From Nageia nagi (taxonomy: Eukaryota; Plantae; Pinophyta), in NCBI GenBank assembly GCA_050084985.1, contig JBITNC010000001.1, forward strand, positions 145,266,001-145,330,000: 64,000 nucleotides of DNA, read 5' to 3'. Shown piece by piece: positions 39,001 to 50,400 of the stretch (its first letter is position 1; every line of letters begins with the position of its first letter). The position numbers and the translations under genes were made by a program. A model generated the notes under the pieces. That model was not told the origin of the DNA. It did not search any database and saw only the letters and a list, made by a program, of their open reading frames with translations.

Positions 39001-39113
39001 ATGGAGCTGCTAGAGCCACAGCAGCTTTGAATGGGCGCAAATTTGGTGGAAATGTTGTTCTTGCAACTTTTTATCCTGAGGAGAAGTTTGTACAAGGAGA
39101 TTACGGAGGCTGA
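17183..39113 (+). CDS. U2AF65: Splicing factor U2AF large subunit (U2AF65), multi-exon gene, ~530-540 aa
   Basis: Exons: 17183-17266, 23609-23772, 24006(or 23988)-24104, [25234-25260], 26473-26540, 28775-28848, 31226-31285, 31406-31466, 31565(or ~31578)-31689, 36703-36818, 36985-37083, 37177-37252, 37358-37446, 38060-38123, 38218-38337, 38411-38492, 38660-38730, 38976-39113. All introns are GT-AG with compatible phases, apart from the issue at 31565/31578. Motifs: KRTSGFDLAP, ATRHARRVYVGGLP, FAFVEMR, DRIFVGGLPYY, SKGYGFCVY, LNGRKFGG. Confidence 0.95.
18467..18606. repeat. Imperfect two-copy tandem duplication in intron 1
   Basis: GGATCAGCGA...AGTGTAGA...CCTTCC.GAGAGACCCGAGA.GACCCTTTCTT occurs twice. 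Confidence 0.8.
19000..20500 (+). mobile_element. Possible highly decayed gypsy pol (RH/integrase) relic in intron 1
   Basis: Faint motifs in integrase order (IDCLS ~20075 resembling VDRLS; YPNLITFD ~20175 resembling LPxxIVSD). Weak. Confidence 0.3.
21050..22136 (-). mobile_element. Non-autonomous hAT-like DNA transposon in intron 1
   Basis: Imperfect TIRs CAAGGTT.../...AACCCTG; GGGAC/GTCCC subterminal motifs at both ends; acidic C-terminal-like remnant (DGSENDDTDIDSSAFDDA) on the minus strand at ~21475-21530. Confidence 0.55.
22927..23168 (+). mobile_element. tRNA-derived SINE relic
   Basis: A-box-like TGGTTCACTGGT, degenerate B-box ATTTAAATCAC ~35 nt downstream, GTGATG-repeat body, A-rich tail. 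Confidence 0.5.
23609..23772 (+). CDS. U2AF65: U2AF65 exon 2 (RD/RE-rich)
   Basis: CAG acceptor; SFYEDHRGRERLRED...; donor AG|GTCTGT, phase 2. Confidence 0.85.
24006..24104 (+). CDS. U2AF65: U2AF65 exon 3 (RS domain); alternative in-frame start at 23988
   Basis: REYRHRRRSRSGS...SPDRK; donor AG|GTAGTA, phase 2. Confidence 0.8.
25234..25260 (+). CDS. U2AF65: Candidate 27-nt microexon (SPKSKSSWKS)
   Basis: CAG|C...AAGAG|GTTTGT; phase 2-2; S/K-rich like the linker preceding KRxSGFD. Confidence 0.5.
26326..26457. repeat. 67-bp tandem duplication just upstream of the SGFDLAP exon acceptor
   Basis: TTACTTTAGCTGCTAATTTGATAAATGCCCATTAAT...GATAAGTCAAA at 26326 and 26393. Confidence 0.92.
26473..26540 (+). 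CDS. U2AF65: U2AF65 exon (SKRTSGFDLAPA, ULM-equivalent)
   Basis: TTGCAG acceptor; plant-type SGFDxAP motif; donor CAG|GTTTGA, phase 1. Confidence 0.92.
28775..28848 (+). CDS. U2AF65: U2AF65 exon (GLMPGIGQAMPGVFPSMFPFAGGTQ)
   Basis: TGCAG acceptor; Pro/Met-rich linker; donor CAA|GTATGT, phase 0. Confidence 0.9.
28846..29067. repeat. 111-bp tandem duplication including the exon donor site
   Basis: CAAGTATGTTCTGCTAAGATGCAC...CAATTTGGTGAAA at 28846 and 28957. Confidence 0.95.
31226..31285 (+). CDS. U2AF65: U2AF65 exon, RRM1 start (ATRHARRVYVGGLPPTANEQ)
   Basis: Signature motif; TAG acceptor, CAG|GTGAGA donor. Confidence 0.97.
31406..31466 (+). CDS. U2AF65: U2AF65 exon, RRM1 (NVAAYFSQVMAVIGGNTAGPG)
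   Basis: Conserved peptide; donor CAG|GTATCCTT, phase 1. Confidence 0.95.
31565..31689 (+). CDS. U2AF65: U2AF65 exon, RRM1 RNP1 (DAVVNVYINQEKRFAFVEMRT...IVYE); 5' boundary uncertain
   Basis: Conserved peptide. The in-frame acceptor is AAG at 31564; the CAG at 31577 is 1 nt out of frame. Confidence 0.85.
31980..34482 (-). mobile_element. Non-coding copia-like LTR relic in the 5-kb intron
   Basis: ~32270-32430 recurs at ~34325-34482. Minus-strand PPT+TG (AAAGGGGGA-TGTTAAAA) at ~32451-32468. Degenerate PBS complement GCTCTGAAAGCA at ~31982. Second PPT-like run at ~34100. Confidence 0.55.
32700..33560. repeat. ~150-bp imperfect tandem array (about 4 units) interrupted by (CT)n/(TA)n/(CA)n microsatellites
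   Basis: CACCTCTTGTTAGGGGAGTTG...GTCCTACAAACCAATAGG recurs near 32710, 33140, 33245 and 33400. Confidence 0.85.
36703..36818 (+). CDS. U2AF65: U2AF65 exon (GAPVRVKRPSDYNPLLAAALGPSQPSPNLNLGAVGL)
   Basis: Conserved RRM1 end and linker; GT-AG; phase 0 to 2. Confidence 0.96.
36985..37083 (+). CDS. U2AF65: U2AF65 exon, RRM2 (GPDRIFVGGLPYYL...SSFG)
   Basis: RNP2 motif; canonical splice sites. Confidence 0.96.
37177..37252 (+). CDS. U2AF65: U2AF65 exon, RRM2 (FDLVKDRETGNSKGYGFCVYQ)
   Basis: RNP1 motif; canonical splice sites. Confidence 0.97.
37358..37446 (+). CDS. U2AF65: U2AF65 exon (DPAVIDIACAALNGLKMGDRTLTVRRA)
   Basis: Conserved RRM2 end; canonical splice sites. Confidence 0.96.
38060..38123 (+). 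CDS. U2AF65: U2AF65 exon (SGQPKPEQADVLVQAQQQIAVQ)
   Basis: Plant-type linker; canonical splice sites. Confidence 0.93.
38218..38337 (+). CDS. U2AF65: U2AF65 exon (KLALQ...ATKVVCLSQ)
   Basis: Start of UHM/RRM3; CAG acceptor, CAG|GTAAGC donor. Confidence 0.92.
38411..38492 (+). CDS. U2AF65: U2AF65 exon (VVGLDDLRDDNEYEEIVEDMRDECGKYG)
   Basis: Acidic UHM helix; canonical splice sites. Confidence 0.96.
38660..38730 (+). CDS. U2AF65: U2AF65 exon (TLINLVIPRP...GVGM)
   Basis: VIPRP motif; TAG acceptor, ATG|GTAAAT donor. Confidence 0.94.
38976..39113 (+). CDS. U2AF65: U2AF65 last exon (VFVEY...LNGRKFGGNVVLATFYPEEKFVQGDYGG*)
   Basis: RxF motif of the UHM; GCTAAC branch-like motif upstream; TGA at 39111-39113. 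Confidence 0.96.
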   Translation, partial: VFVEYSDAHGAARATAALNGRKFGGNVVLATFYPEEKFVQGDYGG

Positions 39114-41807
39114 TGGATTGAGCGAGTCAATTTGTATCATTAACCCCCGAACAAGCGAAGGGAGTTTTTCTTGTCAGTATTGTAAGCTATTTTAATGGAA
39201 ATTAACTACATGCTGAATTTATGGGTTGCATGGTTCATCTCATTATGAGTGCATGCAATCTGCGTTTCAGTTAGAAATTTGTCTATTGCATTGGGTATTG
39301 GGTAGCACGCAAGTGAAGTTGCCCCACAGAAACGTATTGTTCATACATACAGAATCTTTTATGCAATTTCGTCTGAATTTTAAATTTTGTAGGGGACATT
39401 GTGCACGGCCGTATACCTTCTCTACTCTACATAGCATTTTGCTATCATAGCACCTTAATCTTCTGGCCGTGTGTCTGTAAACTTCCCACCTGTGCAAGGC
39501 ATAATTTTGAGTTCGCATAATTGTTAATATGTTGGAACTAAAAATGTACTGCATTCAATGTTATTGTTAGATACAGCAAGCTGACTCGGAGTATTAGGAA
39601 ACCTGTTATTGTAAAAAGAATTTGGAGTGACTGATTTGATCGTTAGAATTTTAAATGAGCGTATGGGATAAGTGATGAAAAACATGCTTTATATGATTCA
39701 AGTTTAGGAGTTGCTATTGTCAATGCCAGTAGGACAGATTAGATTTTGTTAATGAAGTACCACACTAAAATCAGCAGTGGCCATAATGATGTGCAATATG
39801 CAACTGTCAGTTCTTTCACAGTGGTTACAAAACAGTTTTATTTTCGACATCTACAACAATTATTAAACCAAACGTTGCAGTATCTTGTGCAGGTAGCCAG
39901 GAACACATGGTTAGATGATAATGATCAATCTTTTAAGGTAGATGCAAGAATCACCTGCTAGGTGTTTGCCTAAGTGTTTTAATACTCCGTGCGTGCTGCT
40001 ATGTTTCTAACCATAAATAACATGAAACATCTTAAGTATTAATCATATACTGAATGACAAAGAAGCTATGATCTTGGTAATTGGGTTCTAATATTTGATT
40101 CCACGCATTCTTTTTTAGGAGAGACAATTAGTGAAACACTGTACGAGTATATTGATGTTATTTCAAGTCCTGCACCGTTAAATAAACATTCTATAACTTC
40201 TATGCAGTTTACAAGTCTCGCCACGTAAAGAAGGGTGTAACAAGTACTTATGCTCCTGATTAAATTCTTCGAGTGTCTTGTTATTCATATTTAATATTTA
40301 AAAGATGGCAGGCTGAAAGTTCTTTTTCTGAAGTTTTTCAATATGGATTAGTTTCAGGTTTGATTTCATTTCATGGGATTAGTTTCAATGTACTATGTCC
40401 TCTTAGCACCTTGATTGCTACAAGGTTCAAACATCAAGAAACACGGAAATATCAACATTGTGGATTCACAAATGGAGGTTTAAGTACCTTAAAATTGTTC
40501 TTGATAGGTGAGAAGCTACAGAATCGACATAATATTAAAGTACATATCGATCTGTTTTGTTACGATATTTTTCAAGAAAAGAATATATCTATAATTAGTT
40601 AAATAACTCCCTTCACCAACAATAATTGTGATAGTCATAAGATAAAATAGATCTTTTAGCGTCCTTTTAAATTCAATGCTTTGTAAGATCTATCAAAATT
40701 TATTTACAAATAATTAAAATTAATTATGAATTAAAATGCTTGTTTCGAACAGAATTGAATTATATAATAAAATCATTTTGGTTACTTAATTTAAAAATTC
40801 ATAGATACAGTTAGAATTATAAATATTTTATTATGTGTTTGACGTTTTGTGAAATAGAATAAAAAAGAGAGATAGAGTTTTATCTTTTATGCCTCTTATA
40901 TTACAAATCTTACAAGTATTTAATTTAATCATATAATGTTTTTAATTTAATCATATTTAATAAGCTTTTGCAAGAGGTGAATTATTTTTTAATTTTATGG
41001 TCAAAAGTTTCGTTTTGAGATGGATAATCTTATGTGGATAGAATGGATGTTCAAGTTTTAGATTATTGATGTGTTTTTAGTAAATTTTTGTTTTTAATAT
41101 TATCATAATTACACAATTTTTGAGTTACTTTATTTGTAATATGTAATATTAATTCATCATTATTTGAAGGGTTTATGATAATTTGTATATATTGATTACA
41201 AGTAGCTTAAGAGGATATAACTTTGTTAATTTATATTTATGTAAAATATATCGTTTTAAAGTTTCATTTTCAATAAGGAGTAAATCAACTTCCATGAGAA
41301 GGATAGGGTATGGCTTATTGTTTTTAATTTTGAAGTTATAAATGATGAATTGTTTTTGAATTTGCTCAATTTTATTCCATGTTTGTTGAGAAATGCTTCC
41401 ACATCAAACTTTACAACCATAGAGTATTATCGGGTTTAAGAGATAAGAGGAGTTTTTTTGTTATCCCAATTACAAAGTCTCACAATTTTACATTTATTTT
41501 TTAGATCATAGAAGACTTTACATCCAATAGAGATTCTTTTTTCGACATTTAGATTCTAATTTAATTCGTGATTTATATTGATGCTTGAGTATTTGTAGAA
41601 GTGGATCAACTCCAAAGGTTGATTATTAAATAGAAATAAAGGGTGAGACGTTTGTTTAGATTTAATTACCATAAATTTTGTTTTATCTATATTAATTGTT
41701 AAATATTGCAAAATGTTTGAAGAATATTTTAATTATTTTACAAAATCTTTGTAATGTTTAGCTAATAAGATCATAACATCTTCGTAAAGTAGGAAAGCAA
41801 TGAATGA

Positions 41808-41910
41808 AGGTTGATGCCTATGTACCTAACTTCTTCAAAATATTTTTATAGAGCAATGCTAAGGTTTTGAAGGTTGGTGCTTATGAACCTAACTTCTTCA
41901 AAATATTTTT
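41808..41910. repeat. Short direct duplication
   Basis: AAGGTTG.TGC.TATG.ACCTAACTTCTTCAAAATATTTTT occurs twice. Confidence 0.8.
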
Positions 41911-41959
41911 TTGGTTAATCTATTTAACACAAAGAAAGTTGGGGATAAAGGGCATTCTT

Positions 41960-43150
41960 GTTTAACTTCAATATTGCAATTAATTTCCTTAGACCACCCT
42001 TGAAATCTACAAAGCAAACAAAATAAATCTTTACCATTTTGATAATTTTTAGCAATAACTCAAAAAGTAAGAATGTGATCAATTATTGAATGTTTTCTTC
42101 TAAAACTAGGCCCTTAGCCCTTGAATTATTATCATTAAGCCAATTGCTAATTTTCTTTATTTATAATACTACCATACAATTTGATAAATAAATGGCATAT
42201 TATAATAGTTTTACAATTTGATGGGTTGTTTTATCTCCAATTTTGTATGTAGGAACCATTGAAATTATAGTCAATTGTTTAGGGAAACCTTCTTTAAAGG
42301 ATGCATTGAAAAAGGTTTGGATATGAGGGCCAAGGATTGAACTTTCAATATTTAAAATTTCTACTTGATATCGTTGTATGTCTTTATCTTTCCCTTTTGA
42401 TAATCTCTTCATTCTAATCTTCATGTCATCTATAGAGAAAATATTCCTTTGCGTAAGAGGAAATGTTGTCTTGTAAAGTGTCCTCCAAATTTAGAGGAGA
42501 TATATAGAGCTTTTTGAGATAACAATTCCAATTATTCATGTGAATTGGAGGTTCAATTATCATTTTTCTAGGTAAAATTGTTTTCCAAGAGTATTTTAGA
42601 TTATGTTTACATAGGTCTAAAAGTATTTCCTATTATTGATTTAAAAAAACTCATTTCTTATATTTAAGTAAGATTTTATATTCTTTCATTTTCTCATGCT
42701 TATCCATATTATTTTTGAGCAATTTTAATATTTTTCTAACAACTTGACATTCCATGCCATACCATCTATTTGTTTTTCAATTATTATAGGTGATGCACTT
42801 TGTATGAGAATGCTTATTGACGCATGTAAAAAGTTTTGAGGTGTAGTTATTATTTAAATCCATTAAAGAGGATAAATTATTAGGGGATGAGTTGAATGCA
42901 TCATGTAGATACTTTTGAAAGGCCTTAAGCTCATAATGTTTAAAAATGAACTTTTTTAGTTTTTATCTTGTTAGTGGTAGTGTTTCTTTTGTGTTAGATA
43001 TGTCTTAAGAGCAAAGAAGATAGGTTGATGTTCAAAGTTAGCTTTATAACCAATCAAGATCTTAAACTCCAATATGTGCTTGATAAAAGAAATTTAAGAA
43101 ATAATATATTCTATGGTATTATTACCATTTCCAACATCCCTTCATAACAT
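41960..43150 (-). mobile_element. LINE ORF2 relic (endonuclease C-terminus to RT N-half)
   Basis: Minus strand: NGNNTIEYII (resembling G.S.IDY), ORF 42200-42424 (KDKDIQRYQVEI...GFPK...PTYKIGD), KLYGSII, FRRKHSIIDHILT, CFVDFK. Confidence 0.8.
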
Positions 43151-43239
43151 ACAAAGTTGTAATATATAAAGTCTTCCATCCTCATGACATGTTGAAGTGC
43201 AAGATATAAATATAATATTTATAAGCAATATTTAGAAGG

Positions 43240-45110
43240 AACTCTTTTATATTAGTTGAAATAAATTGAATATGATTTTAATTTACCATCTACAATCTAT
43301 TAGTTAAATAAATATAGTCAACAAATCATTGGAGACATACTTGAAATATTTTCCTTCTAGTAAGAAGGCACAATAGATTGAATTAATTAATGTAGAATAA
43401 TTATGGTTTAATATATTCTCATATTTTTCTACCAAGATATCCCCATATGTTGCACTTTAGGGGAGAAACCACTTATAATAATCAATTTAGTTTAGGTTTA
43501 ACAACTATTTAGAAACCAATCAAAAATATTGTGACATCAATAAGATGATTTATTAATTTTCAAAGACAACATTCATCAAGAACAAACTAATATAAAGTAA
43601 TAGATAGATCACATAAGATAAAATAAACAATTTGAACAAAGATAACTATAGATACTTGAATTTGATTTTTGTATTTATTTAAATACATAATTAGGTGTCT
43701 AAAAAAGAATAATCACTTAAAGGAAAAATATCAATAAAGCGAATTCCAATTTCAAGAGATAATATTATCACATTTAAGGTGAATTCAAATGATAGGTTAT
43801 ATAGACAAGTGCTGTTTCATTTAAAATTATCAACCAATTGGATGATGAACTATCAACTCTCTTGATAAAAATAATCTACAAGCTAAAATTATCAACCAAT
43901 TGGATGATGAACTATCAACTCTCTTGATAAAAATAATCTACAAGCTCTCCAATATAATTAAAGTAAGGTAAAATCACTAAGGACTTCATTGTTACATATT
44001 TGCAAGAAGTTGGATACAATTTCATACCCTTATATATTGTTTCACTCCCTACTAAAATAATCAAATTGAAGCTTTGGCATCTTCAGACTATTTGACAACC
44101 ATCACAACTTTCAAGATATCAAAATTCATCAAGAACAAGATTGATGTTGATCTTATCATCCAATGCAAGACCAATATTGATGTTGGTTTTAGGGTGTTTG
44201 GATCCTTGATAAGTTCTTATGGTTAAATCTTACATTACCCTTCTTAGATCCATTAATAATTCTTTTGATTAAGGTATTCAGTGCATGTTTTTCATTGTTC
44301 TTTTGTTTCAACTATCAATCTTTATCTCTAACATATCTATAAAGGGAGATTGGTCATCATCTAGGTTAGTCCTAGGTCCTTAAAACATCCTTAATAAAAA
44401 TGAATCCCTTATAAACCCTAGGTTCAATCCAAGGAGTGATTAAAGACATCATTTGGGCTAGTAAACTTCATATCCATGTATATAAGAATTTATTATTTGG
44501 TTATCTTTCACTTATGGCTAGATATAAGACTGTTATCTCTTTTTATCATAAACATGAATTTGTTAAGTCGATTATTCATCATTACTACATCATGTCTTAT
44601 ATATTTTCATTTGTTGGTAAAATAGTAATTGGGAATTATTATACACAATTATTTATTTTGCCTATAGTAAAATGTCTTTCCCACACCTCAAACTATACAA
44701 AAAATCCTTTTGAAAATATAGATAAACAAAAATCGACACCTAAGTTATATGGATTAAGCAAGGTACTCAAAATAATTAGGTAGATAGCCTATCAAGTAGA
44801 GTTATCAATTTATTAAAAAATACATCATGTATTTCATATTTTTTTTTTGTATTGGACACAAACTTAGTAAAATATTCAAGCATAAATGGATTTGTTGAAA
44901 TTAGAAGGAGAAGAAAAAATCATACTAGATTGGAAAAATGTATTGTAAGAGATTTTAAGATGTTGAGAAATCGAGAGTTGAAAATATTACTTAGCAAATT
45001 GAATAATCATATAGATCAGGACATGACTTGGGAAGTATGCATGATATAAAATAAATTTTCATATTTTTGACCTTTTGGGATAAGTTTTTCAAAAAGAGTA
45101 GGTATTGCAT
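43240..45110 (+). mobile_element. Chromoviral gypsy relic: integrase C-half, GPY/F region and chromodomain, interrupted at ~43650-44720
   Basis: IVNKSLETYLKYF (~43315); KSTPKLYG..VLKII..IAYQVEL...IHHVFH (~44730-44840); DMTWE chromodomain motif (~45020). Confidence 0.75.
43822..43945. repeat. Perfect 62-bp tandem duplication
   Basis: TAAAATTATCAACC...AATCTACAAGC occurs twice with no differences. Confidence 0.97.
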
Positions 45111-45874
45111 GGCCCTCAGAATAATTGTACAACTATTTCTATTTCCATTATCTCTGAGACCCTTGAGATGTGGATTATCAATTATAGAGCATAAGAATTA
45201 GCTTATTAGCTAGATTTCAATATAAATAGGTTTGTAGGATAGTTTCATAGGTATTTCAACTTATGAATTCATATCTTAGTCATATAATATAAAAATTTGA
45301 AGGTTGTTCCCTTGAAATGATCATGACTATTATTAAACATGTATATTATGTTGTTGAATACTATGGATTTTGAAATTGTAAATCCTTTATTCACATCCTC
45401 ATGCTTCTATGTAGGCTTCTACTTACATTAATGTTTGTTATTAAAATATATGAACCATTATCTTATTGTTTATTTTTTTCTCAATTGTACTGCCTCTCAA
45501 AGCATACACATGTCACCATTTTAAGTGATGCAAGTTATAATATCCAAAGTTAAGGTATTTTTGTAACATGAACAAGGGATAAAGAAAAGATAATGGATTG
45601 ACTCATTGAGTACTAGTGTGATACGGATAGGAGAAAAGGTTTAATAAAGTTGAATAAGAGGGAGATGAAGATGAAGATGATGTTGTGGTATTGCATATAA
45701 CAAGCCATAACTACTTGTCTTGTAGAAGAGAAAATATGTGTTGCCATAGGGATCTCATAAGATCCTATGGAGTAAGCACACACCTCTATTAACACCATAG
45801 GCAGAGGAGGCTCTGGGATGAGCCATAATGGTGACTCATAATGAGCAATAAGCTAAAAATGGTTGAAGCGAATA

Positions 45875-46595
45875 CAACCATATATACAAAATTTGAACTC
45901 CATGGATTGAATAAATGCATGAAGAGAAGGCTATGTGTTGAAGATATTAGACTGCAGTTCTTGGAGGGGTATCAACATTACAGGCGATGGAGTGTTGCAG
46001 CTTCTGGAAGAAGGGGATGACCATGCTTATTGATGTAAAAGATCCATCAACCAAGTTTATCTCTTTGTTGTATAATTGCAGGTGGGATAAGTACATGAGA
46101 CATTAATATCTTAACAAACTATTACAATTTGAAATGGAGGGCACATAGCTGGAAGCATGCATTCTCTTCTTTGAATATTCTCCATTTATACATGGCATGG
46201 AAGATAACATGTAGGCCTAATTTCTTTGAAAAAAAAAAATAGTTTGCAATATCAAAATTAAGTAAATTAGATTTCCTTCATTCTCCCTCTTAATGTGAAA
46301 ATGGTTTACTCCACAAGAAAATGATGACGATCTCCCCCTAGATGTCACCATGTCATCAATCATAGGTTTGTTGAACCCAATTGGATTAAGTTGGATTTTA
46401 TACCATGTTAGAATCTTGAGGGTCACTAGGTTACAAATATGGCAATTCGAGGATTAGGTTTTGATACCAAATGAAGAATTGTAGGTTTGTTAACCTTCAC
46501 ATGTTGATGAACACCCATTATACACTATCAAACACTGATACCAACCTTCAGTTCTTTGATAGAATGATTTTGAAGAGCTATATAATCTTTGATTA
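45875..46595. repeat. ~0.7 kb direct repeat, copy 1 (copy 2 is 48230-48789 plus 56565-56743)
   Basis: Collinear shared blocks (AAATTTGAACTCCATGGA, TTACAATTTGAAATG, CATGTTAGAAT, AACCTTCACATGTTGAT). Copy 2 is split by the LTR element. Confidence 0.85.
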
Positions 46596-48789
46596 TGTGA
46601 ATAATCTTATAAATATGTATTTAATTTTGCTGATGGTCCAACAACTTACAAACTCCTTTTTCAACATGTAATGTGAGAACATAGTCCTATGAATATTGAC
46701 CTAGTTGCTAAGATGAAGCAACATAAAATCTAATGATATTCATATGATTAGATAGATGTTGAAGAGAAATTTCCAATGAGTACTAACATGCCTCAAACAT
46801 ACATATAAATATTTAATAATTTTCAATTGAAAATGAGTTGCTAAGCTACCAAAACTATGACGACCAAAAAATGTGGCAACCATTGTAAATATGACGATCA
46901 AATCTCCAAGTAAACCTCCATAAAAATATACCTTATGATATATGGTTGGAAATATATCAAAGAGAACTTTCCAATGAAGTATCCATTTGCAAAAATGGAT
47001 GAGAAAATATCTAGTGAATTGAGTTTGAAGTTGATTTCACTAAGATAAATTCTGGTTGGCAACTAGAGTTGTTCGCCAATGACATGGTCACTTTCAAAGT
47101 GTTGTATCCTTAGTGATTCTAGAGAAAAGTGGATCAAGTAATATATGGTTGAAAATTTAGACAAATAATCTTTCCAATGATGAAACACAAACAAAATTTA
47201 GAGAAAAGAAACTATGGTGATTTTTGAAACAAGAAAATTTGGTCGCTACAAATTTCTACAATTGATAGGTTACACATAGGGGTGAAAACAATGTCTTGTA
47301 ACTTTGGCATTTCCTAAAAAATATGCTAAGTTTTATATATGGTAATTAGGAAAATAACAAATTCTTCTTTAAAAATATTCATATATCAACTCAAGAGGAT
47401 GGGTAAATCTCTAGCGATTTTTGGCAACATGAAAGCTTGTCAATCTAAAAAAATGTATGGATTGAGTTGACTATATGTGGAAAAACATGGATGAAGTGTG
47501 ATGGATGTCACACAAAGTATGAGTGTAATGTACCATTGGAAAATGCCTTTTCAAATATGCAATACCTGTAATGAAATGAGGTGTGAGGTGAAAGAAATAG
47601 CCCCTGAAAACATAGTGAACATGTTTTTCTATAGGATGAATAAAAAAATGAACAAAAGTGTAAACTTAATACTAAAATGCTAAATATAAATTGGAATGTT
47701 CCTTATATTACTCCAAACAAAGCCTATAAACTACATGTTTCATAAGTTACATGTATGGTTCTTCACATACAAAATATGTTGATTTAGTGCAACTTTGGCA
47801 CCCAACACTACCATGGAGAAAAGAATGATTGCATGGTCTTCTCAGTGGGATGAAAGATAAATGGAACATTTTTTCTGTAAGGATATATAACATCATCAGT
47901 TAGGTAAACCTCAAGGATCCCCAGTAAATCCATGAAGGCTTGGAAAATCATTAGGCAATCTCTTCTAGTCTTTGTTATGAATCAAAACTACATCTATTGA
48001 CCTCATTATTTCATTAGTATAGCTCTTGTATGTTTCATAAGACTGCATCGAGCAATCCATAATGACTTATCTTATAAAAGAGAAGATACATGGTACCTTT
48101 GGTCACTCACAAAATTTGTTGCAAAATAAGCACACATCTCTTTTAATGCCATAGGTAGGAAAGGCTTTGGTTAAGTCTCAATGGCATTTGACAATGAGAA
48201 ACAAGCTAAAAATAACAAAACTGATGAAAATCATATATAACAAATTTGAACTCCATGGACTGAGCATATGCATGAAGAGAAGGCTATATGTTGAAGATGC
48301 CATAGTGGTGTTGTTAGAGTAATGGTGTTGTAGGAAGGTATTGTAGGTTGTGGACTATTTCACCATTTAGAAAAAGTGAAGGACCATGCCTATACACATA
48401 AAGGATATAACAACCAAGTTTGATAATATATATATATATTGTACTACTATAGATTGGAGAAGTACATGAGAAATTAATATCTTAGTAAATTGTTACAATT
48501 TGAAATGAAGGGCACACAACTGGAAGTTTGCATGCTTGTCTTTGAATTTTCTCTATTTCTACATGGGATGGATAATGACATGAAAACCTGATATATTTCA
48601 TAAAAAATTAAAATATTGCAACATTAAAATTAATAAAATTAAATTTCCTTCATTATTTCCCTTAATGTGAAATTATTTTGCTCCATAAGAAACTGATGAC
48701 AATATCCCCCTCAGATGTCACCATGTTACCAATCTCAGTTCATTAAAACCATCTAGATTGAGTTGGATCTATTATCATGTTAGAATTTT

Positions 48790-49396
48790 TGTTAGAACTA
48801 TAATGTTATTTAGGGTGTTGTTTAATTAATATGTTTCAACATATTAAGAATCACCTAAAGTTGTTTATTAGGTGATAATAAGGTTCATGCATGGTGGGTG
48901 GAATAGTATTCTCCACTCAACTTAAAATAGTATTTGTTAGGTGGAATAGTGTATCCACTAACAATTAAATGTAATTTTATATTGCAACTTAGGGTTAACT
49001 AACCAATTATGGTACCTAAGGTTAGTTTTGAGTCCTATAAAAGGAGCTCATATTGTGAAGATTTGTAATGAAAATGAGAAGTAGATAGAAATATGGTTGT
49101 AAGAATGTGGTTGTAAGAATGTTAATATAGATCATAGTTAGTATGATCTTAAGCATGCAAGTTATGCTTCATGCTACAGAGAGTCATAGTTGAGATCCAT
49201 GAGAGTGTACATTATTTGAGAGTATAGAGAAAAGGAGACCTAAAGTGGAGTACTCCATGAGATGGAGGAACCACTATACATCTTATGTTACTATGTGAGA
49301 ATGCTTCTTGTGTTCTTAGTTTTAGAATGATTGATTGCTATATTACATGAAGGTCCTGCAAGTGTTCTTGGGTTATTAAATCCTTTAATTCTATCA
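48790..49396 (+). repeat. 5' LTR
   Basis: TGTTAGAACT...CTATCA followed by a tRNA-iMet PBS. Confidence 0.95.
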
Positions 49397-50089
49397 ATTG
49401 GTATCAGAGCTTCCTTGTGGTGATCTCCCTCAAATGTCTACATGGTAATTTTGAGGTAACCTTCCTCAAAATTGAAGGTATACCTATCTATCATTCTTGT
49501 TTCAATTTCTTTTATTTGAATTTGAAATTTTGATGTTTAGATGCTAATTTTTTTTTGATAATTATACTAATATGCTTTATTTTGAGAAAAATGGGCTCAA
49601 ATTTAAGGTAAAAGCTTACCTTAATTACATGTTAGTAATTTTAGAGCTAATATTTTTCTATGGTTAGACTCTAAGATGTTAGGAAAATTAGTGAATATAA
49701 TTTTTGAGTTAAATCTAATTTTGTTTTAATTAAATTTTGAAACTATACTAAAAATCCATTTTAATTGCAAATTTTTTTATATTTGCAAAATGAGATTATC
49801 AATATAGTTATTGCAAGTTTACAAAAATTTAATTTGTATTTTCTTATAATATTTTTTTTTGTAGGAAAATTACAATTTTTTAATTATACTATTATTGTAG
49901 ACATATTCTTGAATTTTTTTACAAAATAGCGGGAGCTTACAATTTTTTTTATATAGTCCCTTTACCTATTCTGTTTCTATACATAACTTTTTTTTAAGAT
50001 GTTTTTTATTAAAACAACTATTTTTTTTTAAATATGTATTAATTAAAAAAAAAACATATATTAAAAAATATTAAAAAAACAAAAACATA

Positions 50090-50400
50090 AAGGGCACACG
50101 ATGCCCTACATGTAGCCCCCTGTTGGGAGCCTTGCAGCCCTTTCAAGAGGGCACACATCGCCTAGCATGTGACCCCTCATTGGGAGCCTCAGGGCATGCA
50201 TTGCCCAATGTGTGATCCCTTATTGGGAGCCTCATGGCCCCTTTAGGAGGGCATGCATCATCCTGTGCACAGCCTCCTATTGGGAGCCTTTGGCCCCCTC
50301 AGGTTGGCTCACGATGCCAAGCCCATGGCCCCCTTTAGGGAGGCTCGTGATGCCCAGCGTGCAACCTCCCCTTTGGGCTACTAAGTGGCTAGGGCCTGCT
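50090..50400. repeat. GC-rich imperfect tandem repeat (TTGGGAGCCT core) inside the LTR element
   Basis: TTGGGAGCCT occurs four times at ~45-60 bp spacing, with GGGCA..CAT motifs. Confidence 0.8.

Noticed and set aside
46217-46426. SCGV motif hinting at a Ulp1-like protease
   Set aside because: No catalytic His/Asp context seen, and the motif is not retained in the second copy.
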